From Pseudomonadota bacterium (GTDB lineage Bacteria; Desulfobacterota; Desulfobacteria; Desulfobacterales; RPRI01), in the NCBI GenBank assembly GCA_043825875.1, contig JBDRRF010000045.1, positions 10,668 to 74,667 of the forward strand: 64,000 nt of DNA. The letters run 5' to 3'. Each line of letters begins with the position of its first letter. Position 1 is the first letter of the stretch. A program made the translations under genes and the position numbers. Under the pieces are notes generated by a model. That model made no database searches. It was not told where the DNA came from and saw only the letters and a program-made list of their open reading frames with translations. Shown here one piece after another: positions 9,852 through 19,311 of the stretch.

Positions 9852-10015
9852 TCTTCATTCTCCTCTTTCAGAGTTAATTGTGATAGCTTACCTATTTCTA
9901 TCCTGTATTTTTGAGCACATTCTGGACAGATACCGTGGGATACAGGGAATTCTGCATTACCTTGTTTTTCACCCATAGGTTTTTTGCACCATGCACATAT
10001 AATTTGAGTTGACAA
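9848..10015 (-). CDS. 55-aa zinc-finger protein (absent from the ORF track)
   Basis: AAGGAGG followed by a TTG start gives MSTQIICAWCKKPMGEKQGNAEFPVSHGICPECAQKYRIEIGKLSQLTLKEENEE; the stop overlaps the ardC start (ATGA). Confidence 0.75.
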   Translation of the reverse strand: MSTQIICAWCKKPMGEKQGNAEFPVSHGICPECAQKYRIEIGKLSQLTLKEENEE

Positions 10016-10098
10016 AGTTGGCCTCCTTAAAATGGAAAACCCCGGCCACCATAAGGCAACCAGGGTTGTTAATTTTGAATAGATTATAACTACGAAGG

Positions 10099-11001
10099 CT
10101 ATCTTCTTTTCAGCCAGTCGATAAGGCTGGAAGCATCGCCTTTGCTAATGTGATCCAATACGCGACCATAGGTCTTCACGCAGTACTCGTTTACTTCCTG
10201 CTCGCTTATTCCGGCCTTATCAACCAGGTCCATGATGTATTTGTACTGATTGCCAGTGATCCCGACATTGTCTGAACCATTGCCGTTTTTGGGATAATTA
10301 TTATCTGCGGACTGATTTGATGGCTTCTGTGAAGACTGTCTTTCAGATTCAGGTGGAATGTCGTTTCGGGCAGCATCAATCATATCTTCTATATCTTGTG
10401 TGAAAAGTTCCGAAAGACCTGCTACCCGCAAGGTAGCGTCGATGTGCGCGGATTTCTCGGCCATTTTAAAGCTTTTGTTAATGTCGCTATCGTCCTGAAG
10501 AATACGTCTTGCTCCGGTGCCCTCCCCGGCCACAAATCCGCTTCCGGTGTGAAGCTCACACTTTAGAATTATTACTTTGATATCTTCTCCTCGCATTGAA
10601 GCATTTTCATATTCTTTCAGATTGGGAAACCTGGGGATCAGTCCGAGCATGCCACAGATTTTCTCAGCACCTGGTTTCCAGAGCGATGGTTTGCTCCAAT
10701 GCCTTGGATCAATGCATTCATTAGCGCGCCCATCTTTGGCCAGTCGGCATTTGTCTTTTCCGAAAACATGAATCTGGCCATAATCGATGCCTAATTCAAG
10801 ATTGGATTTTATCCATTGCAAAATAGCATTTCGGTTGGCTTCTCGGCGCATGAGAGCCTCAGAGAAACGCTCTGTCGGAATATCCATCGGATACACGGGC
10901 TTTATGATGGGAATAGCCTCTGCGCTTTCCTGGTTGAATTCAGGGGGCAATAGTACTTCTGTGTTGTTGTGTGTTTTCATATTTTGATTTTGATGTAACA
11001 T
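10099..11001 (-). CDS. Putative phage-type ssDNA-annealing/recombination protein
   Basis: AAGGAG RBS before ATG 11001. Core KPSLWKPGAEK..GEGTG..NKSFKMAEKSAHIDATL..LSELFTQDIED, then a disordered linker and a small helical C-terminal module (ITGNQYKYI..ISKGDASSLIDWL). Confidence 0.5.
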   Translation of the reverse strand: MLHQNQNMKTHNNTEVLLPPEFNQESAEAIPIIKPVYPMDIPTERFSEALMRREANRNAILQWIKSNLELGIDYGQIHVFGKDKCRLAKDGRANECIDPRHWSKPSLWKPGAEKICGMLGLIPRFPNLKEYENASMRGEDIKVIILKCELHTGSGFVAGEGTGARRILQDDSDINKSFKMAEKSAHIDATLRVAGLSELFTQDIEDMIDAARNDIPPESERQSSQKPSNQSADNNYPKNGNGSDNVGITGNQYKYIMDLVDKAGISEQEVNEYCVKTYGRVLDHISKGDASSLIDWLKRR

Positions 11002-11096
11002 AGTAAGTTCTCCTTTTGATTTGTTTGGGTTTAGAAATGCAAAAGGCGCTGTCTGTATGACACCACCTTTCATGAATTGTTGGTTATGGTTACTGG

Positions 11097-11318
11097 TTAA
11101 TTACGAATAGTACTTTCCTTCTTGCTGTGATCGTTAAAAGAGCACTCATGGCACTTTAATTTGTCCCGACAGGCAGCGCAGACCATGTTTCTATCCAGGA
11201 TCTGTGGCAGATAATCGAACACCATTTCAATGCTTTGTGTCATTGGAACTCCAAGTGCCCAGGCAATACGTCTTAAGGCGCTTGAGGACTTCATAGTTAA
11301 TTCCGGCGTGTAAGCCAT
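11097..11318 (-). CDS. Small hypothetical protein with Cys cluster
   Basis: AAGGAGG RBS; MAYTPEL..ALRRIAWALGVPMT..CAACRDKLKCHEC. Confidence 0.7.
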   Translation of the reverse strand: MAYTPELTMKSSSALRRIAWALGVPMTQSIEMVFDYLPQILDRNMVCAACRDKLKCHECSFNDHSKKESTIRN

Positions 11319-11400
11319 AATTTCACCTCCTTTAAAAACAAAAAAACCATCTGCCTGCGTGGGCAAAATGGCTCCTGATAAATGATTATGTTTATTCGCT

Positions 11401-11961
11401 TCAGGCTATTTCATCGTATGCCTTTTGGATGAGCCCATTGTCTGCAAAACTGTAATAACGATCATCCTCCATGTTGATGATTAGATGTTCAAGCACGTGA
11501 ATGCCGATAATCTTTGCTGCCTGAACAATAGTTTTAGTTGTGGCAATATCTTCTGGTGATGGCGCGGTATCATTACTTGGGTGATTGTGACAAAGTATAA
11601 GCGCCGCCGAATTCGCTATTATAGCGGGTTTCAGAACTTCCCTAGGCTGAACCACTGTTGATGTTAAAGCGCCAGTTGAAACGATGTTCAATCCGATAAT
11701 AACGTTCTTGGCATTCAGCATTAGCACACAGAACTGCTCTCGGTCTGACTGGCCATACTCCTCTATCAGCTTGCGAACAATTGGCCGTGCCTGAGCGGAA
11801 TTGGACAGACTGCACTGCTCAAAAGAAACACTTCCATCTTTGACAAGGGATACACGGTAGGTTGAAATAAACCTGGAATTATTAAAGTTGTTGGCCGGGG
11901 CTTCAAAGATGTTCTGCTGTATCATTCTTTTCGAGCCCTTGTTGAAGCTATTTTCTTTCAT
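11401..11961 (-). CDS. radC: RadC-like JAB-domain protein
   Basis: DREQFCVLMLNAKN..STGAL..PREV..LCHNHPSND..PSPED..GIHVLEHLI. Confidence 0.92.
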   Translation of the reverse strand: MKENSFNKGSKRMIQQNIFEAPANNFNNSRFISTYRVSLVKDGSVSFEQCSLSNSAQARPIVRKLIEEYGQSDREQFCVLMLNAKNVIIGLNIVSTGALTSTVVQPREVLKPAIIANSAALILCHNHPSNDTAPSPEDIATTKTIVQAAKIIGIHVLEHLIINMEDDRYYSFADNGLIQKAYDEIA

Positions 11962-12305
11962 AAAACATCTCCTTTCATAATATAGTTTGTTAATAACCTT
12001 GTTGAATTGAAGTAATAGACTTTCTTTCAACGCAAAAAAGCGATCTGCCGAAATGACAAATCGCCCTTCATTGCTGGTTTATGAATTGTGGTTACTGGAT
12101 TGGTTCAGATGGATATGTGAAAAGACGGGGTGGGGCGATAAAGTATAGAAATCCGAACTCTCTTCTATTTCATTATATGGGTTGTGGGCACTATAAATTT
12201 TTGGCTGTTTAAAAGTCCGACCATCATAAATATCTGAATATATTATTATTACTTGGTTTGAAGTAAATGGCAATACTTAACAGTAAGACAGGGGAAGCCA
12301 TATTC

Positions 12306-12500
12306 TTAAGATTTGTTTGAGCCTAAATTTCTTAACCAAGAGAATATCGCAGGTATACCACGAAAGATAAGTACAATAATAAGTGCGACAATTAATCCCA
12401 TCATCCACATTGTTGCTTCGATAATAAAATCTATCACTATGAATAAACAACAAAATCCGGCGAAAATACCATAAAACAACTTTAATATCAAATCTGCCAT
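12306..12500 (-). CDS. Small membrane protein
   Basis: Two hydrophobic segments; GGGGGA RBS-like sequence upstream. Confidence 0.45.
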   Translation of the reverse strand: MADLILKLFYGIFAGFCCLFIVIDFIIEATMWMMGLIVALIIVLIFRGIPAIFSWLRNLGSNKS

Positions 12501-12605
12501 AATATCCCCCTTTAATTATATTGTTTTAAACATTGATATGAAGTAAACGAATTCCAGGTAAATTAGTGGTACTACCTATTTTCCATAGAAGAATTAGAAA
12601 TATGT

Positions 12606-12743
12606 AACTTTACGAAGGCTGCTGAAGAAAAGAATGCAGAAAATTTGTTTATAATCAGGAATAAAAATTTAGCAAAGATTTATACGGGTAACTGGTATAA
12701 GCACAAAGAGCATTCTGAAGAGTATAGGGGAAGGTTGAATTGA
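12606..12743 (+). pseudogene. C-terminal fragment of a PLD-family (Nuc-like) endonuclease
   Basis: Translates to NFTKAAEEKNAENLFIIRNKNLAKIYTGNWYKHKEHSEEYRGRLN*, matching the tail that follows the HKD/GSxN motif. The HKD part is absent. Confidence 0.7.
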
Positions 12744-12897
12744 TAATTATTTTTGGTTGCTGTAGATATCATATTTTATGCTAACAATTCTTTAATGTTA
12801 GGAAATCGCCAGAATTGAGAAGTATAGGTTGAAAGAGAGTAACGGCCGCACCATAGGAGAAACTCGCCTCAGTGTCATAGATGATTACGCGGTCAGG

Positions 12898-13980
12898 TTA
12901 ATCGGATTTTTCTGATAGCATTGATATTAATAACTTTGGGTCCAGGCTGGATATATTTTCATCCAAAAGAATCTGACAACCTTGCTCAACCAAACTAATA
13001 AAATCTTGTGCATCAGAAAAATAGTTTTTAAATGCAAAGCGAACTTCTTCTGATGTATCAGCTTTTACCAAAACTATATCTTTTTCCGGATGATTTTTTT
13101 CTAACTCAAATAATGAGCGTAGTGCTTCAGGGCCACTTTTATACGTTTTTATTTCTAGCTCTCCTGATTTAGAAAAAATCAGTATGGCATTTTTATTTTC
13201 AGAGACAGTTGCCTTCGTAGAATTTAAACCTCTCAACATGTTTAATAAATTAATTGATTTTTCTAATGCAAGAAATTCTTTGACCAAATCGATGTCTGGC
13301 ATATTTGGAAATGGACCAGGCATATTTTCATATGAACGTGTCAATATCTCACTTGCGAGGGCCATCGCTTTTTGATATCTCTTGTCCCCTTTCTCGAACT
13401 TGGGTTGACTTAACGTAATAAAACCAATTACCTCAACAGCAGTAGCCCAAGCATGTTGAATAGCTGTGCGATATTGTATTTCTACAAGGAGCCCTTTTAG
13501 GTGCTTCCCAAACTCAGAATTAACATCGTATGAGTAAACATCATGAATACCCCTGTATCCTGAATATTTCGGTTTTTTTATATAATCATATTTGTCTAAA
13601 TCATTTTTCCTTTTGTGATGGAATCGTGCATTGTGAAAAGTCTCACGAAAATTATAGAGAGAAGTAGTATCCTTAAATATAAGACGGCATCCTGCTACAT
13701 CATCCATCCTCGATAGTTTCATTCCAGGAAGACGTGAAAGTTTACCGAAAATTGTTGTCCTTCGTTTATGTCTTTGTGCCACAGTAATGTTTTTGCCTCG
13801 AGTTCGCTTACGTAAGATTGCTTGGAATGTATTTAAAACAGCACGATGAGCAGCCCTCCATTCCTCTATGATGCTATAATCTATAATATTTAATATATCT
13901 TTGCGAATATTATTCCCCGCTCGATCAACTCTAGATTTTGAACCACCGGGAAATTTCTTTTCTTTTGTTTTTTCTATCAT
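12898..13980 (-). CDS. RelA/SpoT-family small alarmone synthetase, fused CapRel-like architecture
   Basis: SYNTH motifs RHKR..GKLSR, DVAGCR, GYRGIH and EIQYRT..QHAWA; C-terminal extension ending DIVLV..FAFKNYFSD. Confidence 0.85.
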   Translation of the reverse strand: MIEKTKEKKFPGGSKSRVDRAGNNIRKDILNIIDYSIIEEWRAAHRAVLNTFQAILRKRTRGKNITVAQRHKRRTTIFGKLSRLPGMKLSRMDDVAGCRLIFKDTTSLYNFRETFHNARFHHKRKNDLDKYDYIKKPKYSGYRGIHDVYSYDVNSEFGKHLKGLLVEIQYRTAIQHAWATAVEVIGFITLSQPKFEKGDKRYQKAMALASEILTRSYENMPGPFPNMPDIDLVKEFLALEKSINLLNMLRGLNSTKATVSENKNAILIFSKSGELEIKTYKSGPEALRSLFELEKNHPEKDIVLVKADTSEEVRFAFKNYFSDAQDFISLVEQGCQILLDENISSLDPKLLISMLSEKSD

Positions 13981-14329
13981 AATCGCTACCCATGTTAGGC
14001 CGAATGTGGCATTATCTCTATCGGTGCCAACTATGTATTGAATAGTTTCTTTTCAATAACAGAAAAATTTTAGGCTGTTGATATCCAATTAAAATTATAC
14101 GACAAATCTATTTAATATAATTGATATTATTAAACTTGTTCAAAATGCATTATATAATCTTAGGGAGTTAACTGTACAATGCCGATGCTGTCTGTTCTGA
14201 TTAGATTCGGTAATTTATTATCATGATTTCCGTTAGAAATCTACAAGTTTCATGAGAATGCACAATTTACTTCTTTCAGGAAGTTATATTGCATGCCATT
14301 ATTCCAAATATAGCCAAAGTTAAAAAAAA

Positions 14330-15463
14330 CTAATCGTCATCCGGTCCTGATGCACTTAATATTGCAATGATAGGAAGATGATCACTTATAGTATTATAAA
14401 ATACTTTCCCATCTGAGACTGAACCCATGACATCAAGGACTTCCGGGTTACAAATTATTTCTGAACTTGCAGCCTTGTCGTATATGACTAAATGATCATA
14501 TAAATTGCTTGTTCTTTGGCCATCGCTGTTTAGTGTAGACCCTGAGCCCTGTGTATTTATATGAAAGGAAACTAAATCGTTTAATTGATTAGGCTTTAAG
14601 TTAAAATCTCCAGCAATAAACAAGTCTTTTTCTCCAGGTCTTGAATTTGCCATCGATTTAAACACCTCATTGATATGTCTGACTTCATCTGATATTTCGC
14701 TAATATTACCGCAACTCCAGCGGGCATGATATGCAGCAATAAGAAAATCCACTCCAATAGATGTATTATTCACCGGTACTTCAAAACAGAAAAAAGCTGG
14801 TTCCCGTGAAAACATATCATTACCATAGCTATTCCCACTGCCATCGTTGTCCTTGTGATATATTAAATTATTCCATCCGGTACATGGCCGAATAATGGAA
14901 GACCGATAAAGAATTGCATAGTACTCTGAATTACTATCTTCATTATTTGGGCGAGGATTGTTTGTAATTATACCCACCCAATTAGAGCCTAATGCGGTTA
15001 AGAGGCTATTATATCCAGGATGCACATGCTGTTTCTGCATAACTTCTATTACTACTACGATATCAAAGTTAGCTTCAATAATCTGTGCCAAAACAGCATA
15101 ATTCTTATTATTCCCATGACCGAGCTTCTTAATATTCCAAGAACCAAGCCGAATTGTTTTCTCATATTCCACAGTGCCATGGATTAAATCAGACCAAGCC
15201 TTACTGACATATCCTTGAGTTCCATTATTCAGTTTTACCCGATACCAATAGGGGACAACGTCAAGTAATGAGGCAGATTCATCCGGCTTTAACTTCCCGA
15301 CTACCTGACTATTAGTACTGGGTTCTCCACGAACATTCAGGCGGCTTGTTACCCTGTCATTCGGAACAATTTGATCAGCTTGGGCAATGACTGCAATTGA
15401 AATAAAAATTGAAAGGATAAAACAGGCAGGTATTTTATTAAAAATTCTACTAAATAATTTCAT
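14330..15463 (-). CDS. Secreted SH3b + DNase I-like (EEP) nuclease/phosphatase
   Basis: Signal peptide (MKLFSR..IAVIAQA); SH3b LNVRGEPST..WYRVKL..GYVS; EEP motifs SWNI, IEV, REP, GDFN, YDH and SDHLPI. Confidence 0.88.
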   Translation of the reverse strand: MKLFSRIFNKIPACFILSIFISIAVIAQADQIVPNDRVTSRLNVRGEPSTNSQVVGKLKPDESASLLDVVPYWYRVKLNNGTQGYVSKAWSDLIHGTVEYEKTIRLGSWNIKKLGHGNNKNYAVLAQIIEANFDIVVVIEVMQKQHVHPGYNSLLTALGSNWVGIITNNPRPNNEDSNSEYYAILYRSSIIRPCTGWNNLIYHKDNDGSGNSYGNDMFSREPAFFCFEVPVNNTSIGVDFLIAAYHARWSCGNISEISDEVRHINEVFKSMANSRPGEKDLFIAGDFNLKPNQLNDLVSFHINTQGSGSTLNSDGQRTSNLYDHLVIYDKAASSEIICNPEVLDVMGSVSDGKVFYNTISDHLPIIAILSASGPDDD

Positions 15464-15521
15464 TGTTATTTGATTACTCGTAGTTTGTGGGTTTTCAGCA
15501 GCTTTTTCCATAGCTCTAAAA

Positions 15522-16544
15522 TTATGATTGAAGAAGCTTTGTCAGCATCCATATTATTTTCACCTGAAATAATCTGGCAAGATATTGCGGTAAAATCTTC
15601 TCACGCAGATATTTTGCAAGAGCTATCAACACTTCTTCATTTCGGAGTTTGTGTCTTCCAAAAGGAAGTTCAAAGTCTTTGCTATCTACTCGAACCTGTA
15701 TATGAGGGATTTTAAAATCATTTCGTAAATCAAAAGAAAAAAGATTATATTTATTTGTTACCAGTACACGGTTTTGATAAATCTCATAAATATTTGTTCC
15801 AAGTCCGATCACAGACTGATATCTGATCCCTTGTAAAACAAAGTCATAAAAACGTCCGAACCGCTCTGTTATAGATGTCCATTCCCCGCTAATTACTCGG
15901 ATGATAACTGCCAACTCAGGCGAATCCAATTTTTCTCCTTTTAACTCTAAGAGGTAGATCTTAATGGGCAGGTACCGAACATATCTATCCAATATATCTG
16001 CAAGCTGATTAACTTCATTTTTTACGGAATCTGATTTTGTGAATGTGATTGCAATTATAGTTCCTGACTTTGGTATTACAGGCTCGATACTCTCGATTTT
16101 TATAGCTTCATCATTTAGCAGATTTCCGGCCTTTAAGCGCCAACATTCGAAACCAGTAGATGTCGTCATTTCAAAGCCACATTGTCCCGGCATTGCCGCA
16201 ACACTGAGCTTTCCTATACCATGGCGACCGATTACTTTATTATAATTTTGCTTTTTTACAGATCTGTAAATGGTACAGTAATCAATGACTCCATTCCTGT
16301 CCATAACGTTCCTATCATCTTCAACAGTTATTATAATATTATTTTCATTTTCTGTTCCTGTTATCCAGCAATGACTTGCTCCTGCATTATAAGAATTTAC
16401 TACCAACTCCCTGATGTATTCCCTTGGATTTGCGAACTACGAGCACATATCTTCCTTAAGTCTTTTCCTGTCAAGCTGAATTCCTTTTTCAATAAGTTCA
16501 TACAATTCATTTCCCAGCTCATTTTTATTAACTTTATCTTTCAT
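15522..16544 (-). pseudogene. GHKL (Hsp90-like) ATPase pseudogene
   Basis: GGAG RBS and ATG 16544, in-frame TAG at 16437-16439, then YIRELVVNSYNAGA..VEDDRNVM..IGRHGIGKLS..GTII; G1 box degenerate; C-terminus appears truncated. Confidence 0.75.
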
Positions 16545-16783
16545 TATAATACTCCTTTTACTCCAAAACATAATAAACAAAAATTTATGCCACTCAAAGA
16601 CAACTGAATATGCCTCAAATATAAGCCGCTGGTTTTTATTATGCGTTGATTGAAAGCAATTATTTTTATGTGGTATTCATTATTGTCTCTTTCTATATTT
16701 GAAGTGGTTTAATTTAAACGGACACTATGCTAAGAGCGAAAAACAAGAAAGCGAGGTGTCTAATGAGCAAAGACCTAAAAAGA

Positions 16784-17410
16784 CTGAATCTCTACCCGCA
16801 GAGCGGGTAGGTTCAGGAAGTCCCCCAGAGGGGGACAATTACTTTAGGAAAGCCCCTTAGGGCTATTTATTCATCATCATCTAAATCTAATTCCAGCTGT
16901 TGTTGTTCTATGTTTTCTTGTTCACGAATGTATCTGCGTATGGTTTCTTCATCCAACCCAACAGTGCTAACACAATACCCTCTGGCCCAAAAATGCAGGC
17001 CGGTTACTCGCTTCTTTTTTAATACGGTTCGATGGATTAAAACGGCACTCTTGCCTTTTAGAAATCCAATTACAAAAGCTATACTGTACTTCGGCGGAAC
17101 GCTTAAGCACATATGGATATGGTCGGACATTAAATGCCCTTCCAACAACTCAACCCCGCGTTGGCGGCATAAATCGCGTAGTATGTCACCAACTTGTTTA
17201 CGAAATTTTCCGTATAACTTCTTTGTGCGATACTTCGGTACAAATACAACATGGTATTTGCAATCCCATCTTACATGGGATAAACTTTTCCAATCATGCA
17301 TAGGTAATTCCTCCTGTCTGCCTTTAGGGGCTTTCCCGAGGAATTACCTATATTATTTCTCACCGGATCGGTATAACCTATCCGGGTCCTCCACCAGAGG
17401 TGGAGGGTTT
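16784..17410 (-). mobile_element. IS200/IS605-family element (tnpA only) with subterminal hairpins
   Basis: Hairpins CTACCCGC-AGA-GCGGGTAG, GTCCCCC-AGA-GGGGGAC and CCTCCACC-AGA-GGTGGAGG (17388-17406) flank tnpA. Confidence 0.85.
16867..17301 (-). CDS. tnpA: Y1 HUH transposase
   Basis: CKYHVVFVPKYR, DHIHM (HUH), LKGKS, FWARGY and IRRYIREQ (catalytic Tyr). Confidence 0.97.
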   Translation of the reverse strand: MHDWKSLSHVRWDCKYHVVFVPKYRTKKLYGKFRKQVGDILRDLCRQRGVELLEGHLMSDHIHMCLSVPPKYSIAFVIGFLKGKSAVLIHRTVLKKKRVTGLHFWARGYCVSTVGLDEETIRRYIREQENIEQQQLELDLDDDE

Positions 17411-17620
17411 AGATCAAAACTAAACTGCACAAATGAATTTAAACAAGATGCCGTAAAACTGGTGTTGGAAAAAGGCTACAGTTGCCTTGAAGCCGCCAGG
17501 CGTCTTGGATAAAACACTTACCCTCGCACAAAGTTTATATTTGTATCATTAACAAAGTGAAGATTTGACGATTTGAATCTTCGAATCCTCGAATCCTCAT
17601 AGAGTCCTACTCAGTAATAA

Positions 17621-18034
17621 TTAATTTTTTCTAATCCAATTTGCACCACGGGCCGAAGGTGACAAAAGCAAGGATAGGATATTAATATAGAACACAATAT
17701 CTACAATAATATAATGCATTGCAAAATCTGATTTGGCATATGCTCCCAAATTGACTAAAAGGCCAAAACATGCAAAAATAATGGAGATGTTTCGAGCCGG
17801 AGCCTTTAATTCAGAAAGCCCATAAGCACAATAAAGCAAGATAGGAACGAAAATAACTGCCGCTGTTTTACCACTTAGAACCGCAATAACAAGTAAAGCT
17901 GCTAAAACAGATATTAGTACAGTTGCGGCTTTTACAACCGCTGGTTTTTTTACCGGTATACCGGTTTTATCTTTTGTTTCTGATTGTTTCAATTCTATAA
18001 TTTCTTGAGTTTCAATAAATTCTGCTGTTTTCAT
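17621..18034 (-). CDS. Membrane protein (~4 TM)
   Basis: AAGGAGG RBS; four hydrophobic segments. Confidence 0.65.
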   Translation of the reverse strand: MKTAEFIETQEIIELKQSETKDKTGIPVKKPAVVKAATVLISVLAALLVIAVLSGKTAAVIFVPILLYCAYGLSELKAPARNISIIFACFGLLVNLGAYAKSDFAMHYIIVDIVFYINILSLLLSPSARGANWIRKN

Positions 18035-18561
18035 AATCTGTTACCTCCTTTAATTAATTGTTCTTTTTGTGCAATGAAAGCGCATAATGTTCTATCCTTA
18101 ATTAATGATTAAGATATTTCTGTAGGGGCAGACACAATATTAATGGTTTGAAATCAAAATTTAACATTTGAAATATCATGCCTGCCCTAAAGATCTATTT
18201 AGGAAACAAATGCGAATATTTCTCACCACAAAAAATTATTATTTGTATTTTTCACTGTTATTATGAGTTGTGAGACAGGCAGAAACATGAGTACTCAAAT
18301 TTAAGAAGGAGGTTAATATAAAGTGTACCATATGGAATTTAATACGAATTACCTATAAAAAATTCTGTACTTCGACAGGCACATCTGATAGATATTCTCA
18401 TCCAGGTTTTTCGCCACTCAATTTGGACAGATTTTTTTGTTAAGGTCATTAACAGGGTTTTATATACAGAATATTAAACAGCTTAAACAAATAAACTATC
18501 ATTATAGACTATCACCTTTTTATATTTGTTTCGTAAGAAACATTACAAATAGGTTATAAAC

Positions 18562-19284
18562 ATGGCTTTTGTTACTGATAATATTGATTTGATTGAATCA
18601 GCGAAAAAAAATGATGAGTATGCATGGGAAAAGCTTATTAAAGATTATAAAATTTTCATTTATGGTATTATTTTGAAATATCATTTCAAACACAGAGAAA
18701 AAAAAGATGTATTTCAAGAAATTGCTTTAAAGCTTGTTAGTGCTATCAAAGATTATGATCCCTCTATATCTCGATTTTCTACTTTTGTAAGTATTATTGC
18801 AAATAGAAAGTGTATAGATATTTTAAGAGAAGAAAATTATCAACTATTTATAATAACAGATAATACTTTAATTGCAATGAAATATGCAGGTTTTAGTGAT
18901 GAAATTATTAACAATTTAAATAAAATAAAAAATCATGAATTTACAGAAGAAAGCAAATTTTTGGAAGTATTGGAAGAATTGCTTGACAATAAAGCTGACC
19001 TAGATATTTCGACAATTTTGAAATATACCAAAAAATACAAAGGTCGTTATCCACAGACTCCAGATAATATAGATATTCACGGAGAAGTTTTTAACATTAT
19101 TGATAAGATATATCTTGAAGAGATACTTAACAATTTGCCTGCTGATATAAAGAAGTTATTAATTTATCATTGTAAAGGTTATTCATACAATGAAATTGCA
19201 AAATTTATGGAAAAGGATTTTGATTGGGTTAAAAATAATCTATTTCGTATTAAAAAAAAATCACCTTTGATAAGAAAAAAATGA
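18562..19284 (+). CDS. ECF sigma factor with an inserted helical module
   Basis: Sigma2: AWEKLIKDY..DVFQEI..YDPSISRFSTFVSIIANRKCIDILR. Sigma4: LNNLP..GYSYNEIAKFM..WVKNNLFR. Confidence 0.85.
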   Translation: MAFVTDNIDLIESAKKNDEYAWEKLIKDYKIFIYGIILKYHFKHREKKDVFQEIALKLVSAIKDYDPSISRFSTFVSIIANRKCIDILREENYQLFIITDNTLIAMKYAGFSDEIINNLNKIKNHEFTEESKFLEVLEELLDNKADLDISTILKYTKKYKGRYPQTPDNIDIHGEVFNIIDKIYLEEILNNLPADIKKLLIYHCKGYSYNEIAKFMEKDFDWVKNNLFRIKKKSPLIRKK

Positions 19285-19311
19285 GAATTATTTTGATCGA
19301 GAACGAATATT

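Larger units (their letters stand above)
16700..17512 (+). mobile_element. IS3-family remnant (left end plus truncated orfA) interrupted by an IS200/IS605 element
   Basis: TGAAGTGG..CGGACAC left end at 16700. Joining 16763-16783 to 17414-17512 gives MSKDLKRSKLNCTNEFKQDAVKLVLEKGYSCLEAARRLG*, a typical OrfA HTH. Confidence 0.75.

Noticed and set aside
16910..17512. 200-aa plus-strand ORF as a real gene
   Set aside because: It is mostly the antisense of tnpA; only the last ~33 codons belong to the IS3 orfA remnant.
17563..17600. Short octamer tandem (GAATCTTC-GAATCCTC-GAATCCTC)
   Set aside because: Too short to assign any function.
18121..18190. REP-like GTAG palindrome (GTAGGGGCAGAC..GCCTGCCCTA)
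   Set aside because: A single imperfect instance with a long spacer; not enough support.
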